Counted from the first letter of the stretch, positions 27,786-38,112 are shown. The stretch is 64,000 nucleotides of DNA from Candidatus Wolfebacteria bacterium (GCA_024654025.1 JANLIR010000005.1:1174-65173); one strand, 5' to 3'. The notes: generated by a model not told the origin, from the letters alone. Program-made: numbers and translations.

Positions 27786-28442
27786 ATGAAAAAATATATC
27801 GTTTTGGGAATAGTCTCTACTGTCGGGCTGGCGATTGCGACAATAGTTTTTGCCGGAAGTTTACAGCGTATTGATTTTGTAAATATCGGCAGTCCTTCGT
27901 CTGAAGCAAGCCATAATTTACAGGGCTGGGGAACCATTGAGCCGTTAACGAGCGGGGGAAATTGGGGACAAATTGGTTCGTCAGTAACCTGCGATTTGCC
28001 GGTTGGCGAAACATGCGACAAGGCGTTAAGAGTGACGTACGCGAAAGACGAACCCGACCATCCGCAAATAAACGGCAGAATGGCAAACGTTACGTTAAAT
28101 TCGCAAAACCGCTGGGGGCTTATAAAAGAATTGAAAATAAGAGCGCTGGACGGAATAGCCAATGACGATTTTATGGTCTTTATTAAAAACAAAAAAGGCC
28201 GTTTGGAATTGGTTTACACATATATTTCCGATCCCAGCACAGCTGAAATTTGGAAAGTCCACACAATCGCGCTTGACCATAAATATTGGTTCAATAAGGG
28301 GCCAATAGAAATAACTATTATGGCGACCGGCGACACATGGAACCAGCACAGCGCATACGGCCAGCTAGGAATCGATTGGATTGAATTGGCGGGGACAAAA
28401 GCTCCGTTTTCGCGCGACAAAAACAATAAGGACGCGGATTAA
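27786..28442 (+). CDS. Secreted beta-rich hypothetical protein
   Basis: Signal peptide ending VFA; lies within the TasA-like operon. Confidence 0.75.
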   Translation: MKKYIVLGIVSTVGLAIATIVFAGSLQRIDFVNIGSPSSEASHNLQGWGTIEPLTSGGNWGQIGSSVTCDLPVGETCDKALRVTYAKDEPDHPQINGRMANVTLNSQNRWGLIKELKIRALDGIANDDFMVFIKNKKGRLELVYTYISDPSTAEIWKVHTIALDHKYWFNKGPIEITIMATGDTWNQHSAYGQLGIDWIELAGTKAPFSRDKNNKDAD

Positions 28443-28451
28443 AAGCTGAAT

Positions 28452-28988
28452 ATGCGGTATATGAAAATTTTAAATATAATCTACTACGTTTTTTTAGTTT
28501 GCGCGGTCACGCTCATATTATTGCTTTTATTTTTTGTCCTTTCCGCAAACAGTAAAACGAAAATTTTAATTGTGCAGTCAGGCTCAATGGAACCGGCCAT
28601 AAAAACCGGAGGCATTGTTGTAATAAACCCGAATGACAATTATAAAGCAGGGGATATTATAACTTTCGGGAAAATCAGTAAAGTTGAAACTCCGACTACG
28701 CACCGCATCGTAAAAACAGAAATCAAAGATAATCAAATAATTTACATAACCAAAGGCGATGCCAATAACGGCACCGATTTAAGAGAAGTTAAAAAAAGCG
28801 ACATTGTGGGCAAAGTTATTTTCAGTTTGCCATACGCAGGATACGTAATTAATTTTTCTAAAAAACCGATTGTTTTCGTATTGTTATTATTAATACCAAC
28901 AGCGACAATTATTTACGAAGAAATTAAAAAAATAAGAAATGAAGTCGCCAAAAACAAAACAAAAACCAGCGAGGCAAAAGCGAATTAA
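28452..28988 (+). CDS. sipW: Signal peptidase I, SipW type
   Basis: VQSGSMEP, THRI, TKGDAN (Ser-His type). Confidence 0.92.
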   Translation: MRYMKILNIIYYVFLVCAVTLILLLLFFVLSANSKTKILIVQSGSMEPAIKTGGIVVINPNDNYKAGDIITFGKISKVETPTTHRIVKTEIKDNQIIYITKGDANNGTDLREVKKSDIVGKVIFSLPYAGYVINFSKKPIVFVLLLLIPTATIIYEEIKKIRNEVAKNKTKTSEAKAN

Positions 28989-30174
28989 ATCAATTAAACC
29001 AGGTAAATCTAGATTATCGCCTCGCAAAAAGAAAGCGGAAAGCCCTGTTAAAATTCGGCAATTTTTAGTTAGCAGGAATAATTCAAAAGTTTTAGTTTTG
29101 GATATTTTAAAATCAAAGCCCGTGGCGCTGGTATTGCCGAAAGAAGAGAAAAGCCAATACATCGTACCAAATTATTCTCACGGACTTAGAAACTTTTTCT
29201 TTAAAACAACGCCGGCTGTTTTAATGGTTTTTTTACTTTCTATAAACTTTGCCGGGGCCAAAAGAACCTTCGCGGTCTTTAATGATTCCGACAGTTTATT
29301 GGCAAATAGCCTTGCAGCGGGGACATTGGAGTTTTCAGTGAATTCAGGCGGAGAACTTTTATTCGATTTAAAACCCGGAGAATCGCAAAAAAAAGATATT
29401 ATAATTACCAACAACGGGACTTTAAATTTTCAATATAATGTTGTCGTGGAAAATGTTTCCGACAACGGCAATTTGTGCGACAAGATTCAATCCTCGGTTG
29501 ATTTAAACGGTTCGCCGGTTTATTCGGGAAGTTTGATGAATTTTACGTCGGGCGATATTGTTTTTACCCCAAACGAACAGCGATGGACATTTAATGTTTC
29601 TTTGCCTTCGGAATCGGATAATTTGGAAAATAAAACTTGCCAATTCAAATTCGTATTTAACGGCCGGCAGGATAATTTACCGTCCGGTTTTGGCTTCAGC
29701 GATACTCAAAACATCCAAAGCAATTTTCAGGCGAATTATTGCGACCATTCGAACGGCAACGATCACAATCCTCATTATAAACATAAGGGCGACGAAGATG
29801 ATAACGATGAAAAAAATGAAGGGGATTGCGAACACCACAACAACCATAATGGAGGGGGAGGACATAAAGAAGATGGAGATGAAAACGAAGAAAATAATAA
29901 ACATGATTCGGAAAACACCGGAGAAAATTTAATATTAAGTTCTACTATTACACAACAAGAAGAGGCGTCCAGCACGACAGAAAAACAGGCTGAACCAGAA
30001 CAATCATCCATACCTAACGAGCCCACTTCTTCAACCGAAGAAACTAAAACTCCGCCAACAGATAATCAACCGCCAACAGAAACCGCAGAACAACCGCCGC
30101 AACCGCCCTTAGAAACTTTTGGGACTTCGGAAACGCCAACAGACACCCCGGTTGATAACACTGCGGGCGTATAA
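28939..30174 (+). CDS. Second TasA-like protein with low-complexity tail
   Basis: TFA|VFNDSD-NSLAAGTL after a TM segment; LKPGES, NNGTL; His/Asn/Asp-rich then Pro/Thr/Glu-rich C-terminus; start uncertain. Confidence 0.75.
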   Translation: MKSPKTKQKPARQKRIKSIKPGKSRLSPRKKKAESPVKIRQFLVSRNNSKVLVLDILKSKPVALVLPKEEKSQYIVPNYSHGLRNFFFKTTPAVLMVFLLSINFAGAKRTFAVFNDSDSLLANSLAAGTLEFSVNSGGELLFDLKPGESQKKDIIITNNGTLNFQYNVVVENVSDNGNLCDKIQSSVDLNGSPVYSGSLMNFTSGDIVFTPNEQRWTFNVSLPSESDNLENKTCQFKFVFNGRQDNLPSGFGFSDTQNIQSNFQANYCDHSNGNDHNPHYKHKGDEDDNDEKNEGDCEHHNNHNGGGGHKEDGDENEENNKHDSENTGENLILSSTITQQEEASSTTEKQAEPEQSSIPNEPTSSTEETKTPPTDNQPPTETAEQPPQPPLETFGTSETPTDTPVDNTAGV

Positions 30175-30229
30175 TTTATTTTGTACAAAAAAAGGGCGTT
30201 TAGCGCCCCGTCTCTTCCGTGGCGATTTG

Positions 30230-31114
30230 TCAAGCTTTTATCACAAATGGCGTTTTTCCTTCCACCTGAACCTTAGTGAGTATCAATAACCCAGTAGGGG
30301 ACAAACGCCCCTCCAAGAGCTTTATACGCTTATTATCGGGTATTCTAAGGGGTGCTTTAAGGCCCAATGTCCAAACCCCGGGATCAGGGTTTAAAGCTCT
30401 AATTTTACGCTCTATTTCAACGGCATTAGACCCTCCTTTTGCCTGCGCTTCCTCCAAATCCTCAGGCTTTACAAAACCGTCTTCCGTAGTAAATTTTTTA
30501 GTAAAAGTCGCTTCATCGTGATTTTGCTCTTGAGGCTTTATTTCGCCATTTATAAATTTTGGCAAAACTTCAACCAATAAATCTCCGCTCATTTCCGCTA
30601 ATTTTTTTGACAAAGTTTCGTAATTATCACTACTGACTATTGGCAAATCTCTAGCGGCTAATATTGGCCCATGATCCACCTTTTCATCTATTAAAAATAA
30701 AGTCGTGCCGGTTTCTTTTTCTCCATTTAAAATAACGCTTTGAATAGGCGTTGCGCCGCGGTATTTGGGGAGAAGCGACGGATGAACTCCAATAACTCCA
30801 AGTTTTGGAATGTCTATGATTTCCTTGGGAATTATTTTTGAATAAGCGGCAACAACGAAAAAATCGTATTTAGTATTAAGTAGTAAGTATTTAGCCTCTG
30901 ATAAATTTTCCGGTTGAAAAATCCCTATCTTACCCTTAATACTTTCTACTTGTTGCATAATACTCGCCTTTACCGGAGGAGAAGTTAGAACCTTTTTCCT
31001 GCCAACAGGCTTGTCTGGATTGCAAACAACCGCAGCCGGAATAAATCCGGAAATTATCAGCTTATTTAAAATTATCTCAGCAAACTTAGGCGAACCGAAA
31101 AATATGTATTTCAT
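30230..31114 (-). CDS. fmt: Methionyl-tRNA formyltransferase
   Basis: FFGSPKFA, PDKPVGR, HPSLLPKYRGATP. Confidence 0.96.
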   Translation of the reverse strand: MKYIFFGSPKFAEIILNKLIISGFIPAAVVCNPDKPVGRKKVLTSPPVKASIMQQVESIKGKIGIFQPENLSEAKYLLLNTKYDFFVVAAYSKIIPKEIIDIPKLGVIGVHPSLLPKYRGATPIQSVILNGEKETGTTLFLIDEKVDHGPILAARDLPIVSSDNYETLSKKLAEMSGDLLVEVLPKFINGEIKPQEQNHDEATFTKKFTTEDGFVKPEDLEEAQAKGGSNAVEIERKIRALNPDPGVWTLGLKAPLRIPDNKRIKLLEGRLSPTGLLILTKVQVEGKTPFVIKA

Positions 31115-31310
31115 GTTGATAACTAAAAGTTGACCTTAAGCTTAATATGTTTATAATTATACTATATGCCCAGTATTACAACTTCGACAAATTCTCTATA
31201 AAAATTTTTGAGGATTTTAGAAGAAACAATACTGCGCAAAAAGTAAAAAACATTAATTAATTGTCAACTTCGAGAATTAACACAAAAATAATCGAAGTTG
31301 TAATACTGGG

Positions 31311-31736
31311 ATGAAATTTTTTATCGCATCGCCTTGGAAAAATAAAGAGCAAGTAGAAAAATTGACGGAAGAATTAAAAACCAAAGGGCATGACGTCTAC
31401 TCTTTTTTGGAAAGCGGAGAAAATCTTTTAACCGGCCACCCAATAGAAGAAGAAATGAAAGTCTATTGGGAAGCGCTTTCCAACTGGCAGAACGACAAAC
31501 GGATTTCCCAAATTTTTGAATCTGAAATAAACGGCCTAAAAGCCTGCGACGCTTTAATACTGCTCTTACCGGCAGGGGACTCGTCTCACGTTGAAGCCGG
31601 CATAGCGTATGGGCTCGGTAAAAAATTGTTTTTAATAGGAGCGATAAACAAGCCCGAAGTTGTGTATTTGATGTTTAATAAAATCTATATGGACATCACT
31701 TCTTTTCTCTCGGATCTGCCTAATATTTTCTCTTAA
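31311..31736 (+). CDS. Nucleoside 2-deoxyribosyltransferase-like protein
   Basis: FIASPW, ACDALILLLPAG, SHVEAGIAYGLGK. Confidence 0.75.
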   Translation: MKFFIASPWKNKEQVEKLTEELKTKGHDVYSFLESGENLLTGHPIEEEMKVYWEALSNWQNDKRISQIFESEINGLKACDALILLLPAGDSSHVEAGIAYGLGKKLFLIGAINKPEVVYLMFNKIYMDITSFLSDLPNIFS

Positions 31737-32242
31737 ATTCTAGCCTTTTCGTTGTCTCTAAATTTACGCAAATTTTTTGCTTTATCGATAAATAAAATTC
31801 CGTTTAAATGGTCTGCTTCGTGCTGAAAAACGCGGGCCAAAAGCCCCCTAGCTTCGATTTTTATATGTTTGCCGTTTTTATCCTGGCCAGACATAACAAC
31901 CTTTTCAAAACGTTCAACTTCGCCGAATATTTCCGGCACGCTTAAACATCCTTCTTCTAAAATTTCTTTTTCCTTCAAAGCCTTTTCAATTTTTGGATTA
32001 AAAACGTAAAAAAATTTCGTTATCCCGTTTTTATCGGAAAACCCTGCCACAAACATTTTAAAATCATAACCAATTTGATTAGCGCTAAGGCCAATGCCTT
32101 TGGCCTTTAACATTTCACTTCTCATCTCTTGGCATAAATCCCGAATTTCTTTTTTGGAAAATTTTTCAAAATCAAAATCACGCGTTTTCTTGCGTAAAAA
32201 CTTTTCTTCATTCTTATCCGCGATTGTAAAAATTTTTCTCAT
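31733..32242 (-). CDS. def: Peptide deformylase
   Basis: GIGLSANQ, EGCLS, QHEADH. Confidence 0.97.
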   Translation of the reverse strand: MRKIFTIADKNEEKFLRKKTRDFDFEKFSKKEIRDLCQEMRSEMLKAKGIGLSANQIGYDFKMFVAGFSDKNGITKFFYVFNPKIEKALKEKEILEEGCLSVPEIFGEVERFEKVVMSGQDKNGKHIKIEARGLLARVFQHEADHLNGILFIDKAKNLRKFRDNEKARI

Positions 32243-32268
32243 AAAAGTCGGGGCCTAATGGCTAGTGG

Positions 32269-32520
32269 CTATTTTTTTAATGTTTTCAACATACTCATAA
32301 AATACGCTCCTTTTTTTGCGATTTTTTTATTCTGCGAAATAGTTTTTGCCAGAGCCCTTAACTGCTGTTCATTGTTCTCTTTGGCAAGTTTTATATAAAG
32401 CGATTTGTGGGGCAAGTCGCCTAAAATTTCGGCGATTTCCAAGCCCGTTGCCTGAAATTTCTTATAAACCCGCGCTTTTTGCGTCCTTTCTTTTATTTTA
32501 CTTAAATAATCCTTATCCAT
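32269..32520 (-). CDS. Hypothetical protein
   Basis: 83-aa ORF co-oriented with def. Confidence 0.65.
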   Translation of the reverse strand: MDKDYLSKIKERTQKARVYKKFQATGLEIAEILGDLPHKSLYIKLAKENNEQQLRALAKTISQNKKIAKKGAYFMSMLKTLKK

Positions 32521-32586
32521 TTCTTTTTCAAGATTATAGCATGAAAATTGCTTAAAAATCTCATAAATATGCTATAATATCTTCAC

Positions 32587-33153
32587 ATGATATACGAAAC
32601 AAAAAATTACGAAAATTTAATAGGGTTGCCTGGCTTTAGCGAGCCTCTTTTAAAAAACCACTTTGCTCTTTATCAGGGCTATGTTAACAACACAAATAAA
32701 TTAATAGACATGTTAACCGAATTCGCGAAAGACGGCGTTGGCCATTCAGAACTAAAACGACGATTCGGCTGGGAATGGAATGGTATGAAACTTCACGAAT
32801 ATTATTTTGAGAATCTTTCGAAAGAAAAAATCCAGTTAGACACCAACTCTGATTTATATAAAAAAATAGTTGAGAGCTTCGGTTCATACGAAAATTGGGA
32901 AAAAGATTTCAAAGCGGTCGGCGCTTTACGGGGAATTGGCTGGGTAATTTTGTATTACGATCCAATCGGCAAAAAACTTTTCAATACTTGGATCAACGAA
33001 CATGACGGAGGACATTTATCAGGCGCCAAACCGATTTTAGTGATGGACGTTTTTGAACACGCGTTTATGATTGACTACGGCATAAAAAAAACGGATTATA
33101 TCGAAGCCTTCTTTAAAGTTATAAACTGGAATATCGTAAACGGCAGATTTTAA
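32587..33153 (+). CDS. sod: Fe/Mn superoxide dismutase (ChrC-like subtype)
   Basis: H-GYVNN, LHEYYF, DVFEHA. Confidence 0.9.
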   Translation: MIYETKNYENLIGLPGFSEPLLKNHFALYQGYVNNTNKLIDMLTEFAKDGVGHSELKRRFGWEWNGMKLHEYYFENLSKEKIQLDTNSDLYKKIVESFGSYENWEKDFKAVGALRGIGWVILYYDPIGKKLFNTWINEHDGGHLSGAKPILVMDVFEHAFMIDYGIKKTDYIEAFFKVINWNIVNGRF

Positions 33154-33169
33154 CAAAACGCGCACTAAG

Positions 33170-33634
33170 ATGATAATAACGCCCCATCTTTTAGTCGGAG
33201 CGGCGATTGGCTCAAGAATTCATAATTGGTGGGCTGTGGCAATATTGTCTTTCGCCAGCCACTATTTGCTCGATGCCATTCCTCATCCGGCATACCAGCT
33301 AAATTTTTTAAAAACCAAAACTTTTGGGAAAAAAACTGTCGCCGACATATTAAAATTAGGCGCGGATTTTTGTTTGGGGTTTTTATTTGTTTTCCTGGTT
33401 GCCGAAAAAACCGCCAGCTTTCCTTATGTGGCATTTGGAATGTTTATGGCGATTCTTCCGGATTTTCTGCAAGTACTCTATCGATTTTACAAGAATCGCT
33501 TTTTAGAACCTTTTCAAATTATCCATGATTATTTTCATTTCGATAAGACCAAAAAATTCGCCTGGCAAAGCGCGGTTACGATATTTACCATATTTGTCGC
33601 AATCACTTCAATTATTAGCATTTTAATAAAATAA
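33170..33634 (+). CDS. Membrane metal-dependent hydrolase-like protein
   Basis: TPHLLVG, SHYLLDAIPH, LPD. Confidence 0.7.
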   Translation: MIITPHLLVGAAIGSRIHNWWAVAILSFASHYLLDAIPHPAYQLNFLKTKTFGKKTVADILKLGADFCLGFLFVFLVAEKTASFPYVAFGMFMAILPDFLQVLYRFYKNRFLEPFQIIHDYFHFDKTKKFAWQSAVTIFTIFVAITSIISILIK

Positions 33635-33639
33635 ACATC

Positions 33640-34896
33640 ATGATAAAAAAAATACAAAAAATATTTAAAAGTAAAACTTTTCTATCAGCCGTCTCGATAT
33701 TAATAGTCTTTATTTTAATCGGCGGAGCTTTTTATCTCGGTTATTACGAAGGCGTTAAAAATCCGAAAGAAACAATAATAAGAGGCGTCGAAAATCCGCA
33801 AAGTAACGAAAAAAATATCGACTTTAATTTATTTTGGGACGCTTGGCAAATCGTAAAAAATAAATATATAGAAGGAGATAAAATAACAAATCAGCAACTG
33901 CTTTACGGCGCTATTTCCGGACTTTTAAACGCGACCGACGATCCTTATAGTAATTTCTTTTCACCAGCGGATGCCAAAAAATTCTCGCAGGAAATAAGCG
34001 GCCAATTCGGAGGCATTGGCGCGGAATTGGGCATAAAAAACGAGCAGTTGATAATAGTGTCTCCACTCAAAGACACTCCAGCCGACAAAGCGGGAATTCG
34101 AGCCGGAGATGAAATATTAAAAATCAACGACACCATAACCGTTGGATTTACAACCGAAGACGCCGTGAAATTAATAAGAGGGGAGCCCAAAACAAAGGTT
34201 ACTTTGACGATTTTTAGAAACGGCTGGGAGCAACCTAAGGATTTTGTGATAACCCGCGATATTATTCAAATACCTACTTTGGAGTCAAAAGAAATTGAAT
34301 TAAAGCCCGGCTCTCGAGAAAAAATACTCTATTTGCGCTTATACAATTTTAACGAAAACGCGCCGTATCTTTTTTACCAAGAAGCCGTCAAGGCGATGTT
34401 TTATGACAACAAAGGCATTGTATTTGATTTAAGAAATAACCCCGGCGGCTATTTGGAAGTCGCGAACGCGCTGGCCGGATGGTTTTTGGATAAAAACGCG
34501 GTGGTTGTTAAAGAAAAATTCAGAAGCGGCGAAATTCAGGAAACTAAAGCCAACGGCTCTGAACTTTTCAAAAACATTCCGATTGTTGTTTTAATAAACC
34601 AGGGGTCCGCTTCCGCCGCGGAAATTTTAGCAGGAGCGCTAAGAGACAACCGAGCAGTAAAGCTAGTCGGAAAGAAAAGCTTCGGAAAAGGAAGCGTACA
34701 AGAGATAGAAACTTTAAAAGACGGTTCAATGATAAAAATAACTTTCGCGCACTGGCTGACGCCCAACGGGACAGTTATCGAGAAAAATGGCCTTAAGCCG
34801 GATTACGAAGTTGATTTAACCGATGACGATATTAAAGCCGGACGCGACCCTCAGCTTGATAAAGCAATGGAGGCACTAAAGTCGGAAATAAAATAA
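33640..34896 (+). CDS. ctpA: C-terminal processing peptidase S41
   Basis: PDZ domain, DLRNNPGG, SASAAE, GKGSVQ. Confidence 0.93.
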   Translation: MIKKIQKIFKSKTFLSAVSILIVFILIGGAFYLGYYEGVKNPKETIIRGVENPQSNEKNIDFNLFWDAWQIVKNKYIEGDKITNQQLLYGAISGLLNATDDPYSNFFSPADAKKFSQEISGQFGGIGAELGIKNEQLIIVSPLKDTPADKAGIRAGDEILKINDTITVGFTTEDAVKLIRGEPKTKVTLTIFRNGWEQPKDFVITRDIIQIPTLESKEIELKPGSREKILYLRLYNFNENAPYLFYQEAVKAMFYDNKGIVFDLRNNPGGYLEVANALAGWFLDKNAVVVKEKFRSGEIQETKANGSELFKNIPIVVLINQGSASAAEILAGALRDNRAVKLVGKKSFGKGSVQEIETLKDGSMIKITFAHWLTPNGTVIEKNGLKPDYEVDLTDDDIKAGRDPQLDKAMEALKSEIK

Positions 34897-34922
34897 CCAA
34901 TCAAAGCCACAACTAAAGCCTC

Positions 34923-35387
34923 ATGAAAGTCATACTTTTGCAGAACATAAAAGGGCTTGGGGAAAAATACGACATAAAAGATGTTTCAGACGGCTACGGA
35001 AGAAATTTTTTGATTCCGAAAAATCTAGCCAAGTTCGCCGGCCCGCGCGATATTGAAGAAATAAAAAAATTAAAAGCCGGTCAAGAGTTAGAAAAGGAAA
35101 AAACAATAAGCGAGTTAAAAAACCTTGCTACAAAATTAAACGGCGCCGAGATCGAATTCTATCCCAAACTCGGAAAAAACCATGAAGTTTACGGTTCAAT
35201 TACAAAAGAAAACATTAAAACCTCCATTTTTGAAAAATTTATTTCTGATAAAAACGAAAAAATCCTCAACGATATTGAAATAGAATTAAAAAAACCGATA
35301 AGAGTTATCGGTTCTCACCAGATTGAAATCAATTTAGGATTCGGGATAAAAACGAAAATCAGCGTGCGCGTTTCTGAAAATCATTAA
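34923..35387 (+). CDS. rplI: 50S ribosomal protein L9
   Basis: [15 protein letters not shown]. Confidence 0.96.
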   Translation: MKVILLQNIKGLGEKYDIKDVSDGYGRNFLIPKNLAKFAGPRDIEEIKKLKAGQELEKEKTISELKNLATKLNGAEIEFYPKLGKNHEVYGSITKENIKTSIFEKFISDKNEKILNDIEIELKKPIRVIGSHQIEINLGFGIKTKISVRVSENH

Positions 35388-35665
35388 AGGCTGGACAAAA
35401 CCGAAACCTCCTTGGCAAATCGGAGGCTGCCGTCGAAATTAGTTTTCTTTTTGGTTTTAAAATTGACAACGCCGGCTTTCATCGCGTAAAGAGAGTCGTC
35501 GCCGGCCCGGACAACATTTGTGCCGGCCGAGTACTTTGTTCCTCTTTGGCGGATTAAAATTTCGCCGACTTTAACTTTTTCGCCGTGCTGCCGTTTAACG
35601 CCCAGTCGCTGTGATCGGGAATCTCTGCCTAATTTTGTAGAACCACCTGATTTAGTATGTGCCAT
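35384..35665 (-). CDS. rpmA: 50S ribosomal protein L27
   Basis: [16 protein letters not shown]. Confidence 0.98.
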   Translation of the reverse strand: MAHTKSGGSTKLGRDSRSQRLGVKRQHGEKVKVGEILIRQRGTKYSAGTNVVRAGDDSLYAMKAGVVNFKTKKKTNFDGSLRFAKEVSVLSSL

Positions 35666-35711
35666 ATTTGTCTAAATTTTACTTAAAAATTTAGCCACAA
35701 ATTATGAGCAA

Positions 35712-35737
35712 TCCGCCGAAGCCGTGGCGAAGGCGGA
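35712..35737. repeat. REP-like palindrome
   Basis: TCCGCCGAAGCCGTGGCGAAGGCGGA; related copy at 45918-45946. Confidence 0.7.
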
Positions 35738-35798
35738 CACCATAATAAATGGCTAGTTTATTTTGAATACGATAAAGTATATATTATAATTCATTAAT

Positions 35799-36518
35799 AT
35801 GTCAACATCTCATTTAACTGATTTTAGCCAGAAAAAGAAACTGGTTTTCGATATCGAAACAATTGGTGTTGATTTTGCCAGTCTTGATAAAATCTCCCAG
35901 GAGTATCTTTTGAAATTCGCCGAGGATGAAGAAGAAAAAGCGCAAGCTAAAGACCAATTAAGTTTCTCTCCGCTAACCGGAGAAATCGTCGCTATCGGCA
36001 TGCTAAACCCCGACACCGATAACGGAAAAATTTATTTGAAATCAGAAAAAAATATCGGCGCGGACAAATTGGAGGAGGGGATAGACATAGAAATCGGAAC
36101 CGAAAAACAAATATTAGAAAAATTCTGGGAAGACGCGAAACACTATAATTATTTTATTTCTTTTAACGGAAGAGGGTTCGATGTTCCGTTTTTGCTTATC
36201 CGTTCCGCTATTTTAGAAATTGATCCCACTAAAGACCTAATGAGCAATAGGTATTTGAGTTCCCAAAAATTCGGCGCCCATCACATTGATTTATTCGACC
36301 AGCTTAATTTTTACGGCGCGGTCAGGCGTAAATTTAATCTTCACTTTTGGACAAAAGCCTTTGGCATCAAAAGCCCTAAAGAAGAGGGGATTACCGGCGA
36401 TGATGTCGGCCGTTTATATAAAGAAGGAAAAATTTTGGATATCGCCAAATATAATTTAGGCGACTTGCGCGCCACAAAACAACTGTACGAAAAATGGGAA
36501 AAATATCTTAATTTCTGA
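35799..36518 (+). CDS. DEDD 3'-5' exonuclease (PolB-exo/RNase_H_2-like)
   Basis: FDIET, FNGRGFD, YNLGD. Confidence 0.88.
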   Translation: MSTSHLTDFSQKKKLVFDIETIGVDFASLDKISQEYLLKFAEDEEEKAQAKDQLSFSPLTGEIVAIGMLNPDTDNGKIYLKSEKNIGADKLEEGIDIEIGTEKQILEKFWEDAKHYNYFISFNGRGFDVPFLLIRSAILEIDPTKDLMSNRYLSSQKFGAHHIDLFDQLNFYGAVRRKFNLHFWTKAFGIKSPKEEGITGDDVGRLYKEGKILDIAKYNLGDLRATKQLYEKWEKYLNF

Positions 36519-36521
36519 TTT

Positions 36522-36677
36522 ATGGATAAAATTAAATATTTTTATCAGGAAAGAAAAAAGGTTATTGATCTATTTTTTATTATTTTTATAGTTGGCACAT
36601 TAAGTTTTGGCTTGGGATACCTGACAAACAGAGAATTTTCTCATGCCCCGATTATCATTGAACGTTGCTCTAATTAA
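36522..36677 (+). CDS. Small single-TM protein, 51 aa, below ORF-track cutoff
   Basis: MDKIKYFYQERKKVIDLFFIIFIVGTLSFGLGYLTNREFSHAPIIIERCSN; starts 3 nt after the upstream stop. Confidence 0.65.
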   Translation: MDKIKYFYQERKKVIDLFFIIFIVGTLSFGLGYLTNREFSHAPIIIERCSN

Positions 36678-36782
36678 CACGGTGTCTAACGGCCTTTTTT
36701 TGTTTGTTGTCAAATAATTTACAAATAATTTATTTGGGGTAATATAAGAGATAGATTGTATTAAAATATAAAGAAGGAGGCC

Positions 36783-37004
36783 GTGATGGAAAACGAAGTC
36801 AAACGATACATATTCTGTGTGCATTGCACGCGAACAGTCGGTTGTTGTCAAAACGGAACTCGTACAGAGTGCGATCAGTGCCCGGAAGAACGCGAATGCC
36901 CAAAACCAGAAGAGGTTGGAAAACCAAGCCACGGACATTGCAAAACATGCGCTACCAATGATTGGTGCGCGCAACCAATAACGCAACAAGGGGCGCCTAG
37001 ATAA
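36783..37004 (+). CDS. Small Cys-rich putative metal-binding protein
   Basis: AGGAGG SD; three CxxC plus further Cys; terminator-like hairpin follows. Confidence 0.65.
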   Translation: MMENEVKRYIFCVHCTRTVGCCQNGTRTECDQCPEERECPKPEEVGKPSHGHCKTCATNDWCAQPITQQGAPR

Positions 37005-37035
37005 AAACTAGAGCCCCTTTTGTTTTGTAGTTGTT

Positions 37036-37812
37036 TTATAGATATCCTGCCTGTTTAAGCCAATAATCATTTTCCCACTCCCAAAGCTTTTTTGCTCCCA
37101 AAAACGCTTTAAAATCCTCCTGCCAATAGGGGAATTCTTTTAATTCTATTTCACCGGTTAACTCCGACCACTCATGAGTTTCGTCCGGGCACATAGGCAA
37201 AGCTTTGTTGTTTTCGTTTCTAGCCGGCCGTATTTTGTCTCGTCCACCTTTAGTCCTTAGGCTCGCCCTGCATTTAACGCATTTTTTTATTTGATCGATT
37301 CTTAATATCCAGCGTGATTGCAAATTATTAAATTCTTTTTCAAGCGCTCCCATATATGCCGAAGTTTGAAGATTATAGTCGCGGTAAATCGCTTGCGACG
37401 TTTTAATGTCCAACACGCCGAATTTGCCGTCTATTAAAGCCAAGGCGTCTAAAGTGCCGGCATACCTTTGCTCGTGATTAACAACTTGTTTTTCAACAAA
37501 ATCTTTATCAACTTGAATATTATTTTTTTCTATAAATTCCGTGAATGCCTTTATCGACGGCGCGATTGAAGGATCGATAACAGGGGACTGACCGATTAAA
37601 ATCTTTTCCACCGCCTCATGGATAAGAGTTCCCTCTCCAGCGGAAATTTTTTTAACCGCTTCGCCTTCGGCAAAACTATTAAGTTCGCCATAAAAATGAT
37701 ACAGCGCCGGCTTGGCCTTTATTTCTATTATCTTTGTCACGCGGGGATACCAAACGTCACCGATTTCATAACCGGCAAGAGATTTGAAATGTTTTAAATC
37801 AAAATAGTACAT
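37036..37812 (-). CDS. PD-(D/E)XK nuclease superfamily protein
   Basis: GTLIHE, E, AGTLD, DIKTS, QTSAY; CxxC-C-H zinc module. Confidence 0.85.
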   Translation of the reverse strand: MYYFDLKHFKSLAGYEIGDVWYPRVTKIIEIKAKPALYHFYGELNSFAEGEAVKKISAGEGTLIHEAVEKILIGQSPVIDPSIAPSIKAFTEFIEKNNIQVDKDFVEKQVVNHEQRYAGTLDALALIDGKFGVLDIKTSQAIYRDYNLQTSAYMGALEKEFNNLQSRWILRIDQIKKCVKCRASLRTKGGRDKIRPARNENNKALPMCPDETHEWSELTGEIELKEFPYWQEDFKAFLGAKKLWEWENDYWLKQAGYL

Positions 37813-37917
37813 AAGGGGAGTGGTGGTTTAAAGTTTTTATACCTGTCGCAAAATGATTCTTTTACGACATATATTAAAGTAATACCTCATAAATGGCCCA
37901 AATTTCATATTAAGCGG

Positions 37918-38106
37918 CTAAAACAGATGCATCACCCATTTTACCAGATCAATCGCTAAAAGCAGAAGTTTAATTATTAAATTACCTATAAATTTTATTG
38001 TTGCGCCAATATTATGGATTACATTCAAATTGATCCAGCTAACGGATTTGCCTACGAATAATGTAGTGGCTTTAATTAATTCTGAAAAATTTATTTTGGC
38101 TATCAT
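37918..38106 (-). CDS. Small hypothetical protein
   Basis: 62-aa ORF tightly packed in the operon. Confidence 0.5.
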   Translation of the reverse strand: MIAKINFSELIKATTLFVGKSVSWINLNVIHNIGATIKFIGNLIIKLLLLAIDLVKWVMHLF

Positions 38107-38112
38107 AAATAA

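Noticed and set aside
31166-31300. CAACTTCGA repeats and a short ORF upstream of the NDT-like gene
   Set aside because: Three short copies and an 11-codon ORF; too little to assign a function
37036-37812. Cas4/CRISPR locus
   Set aside because: No array or other cas genes in the window; treated as a solo PD-(D/E)XK nuclease
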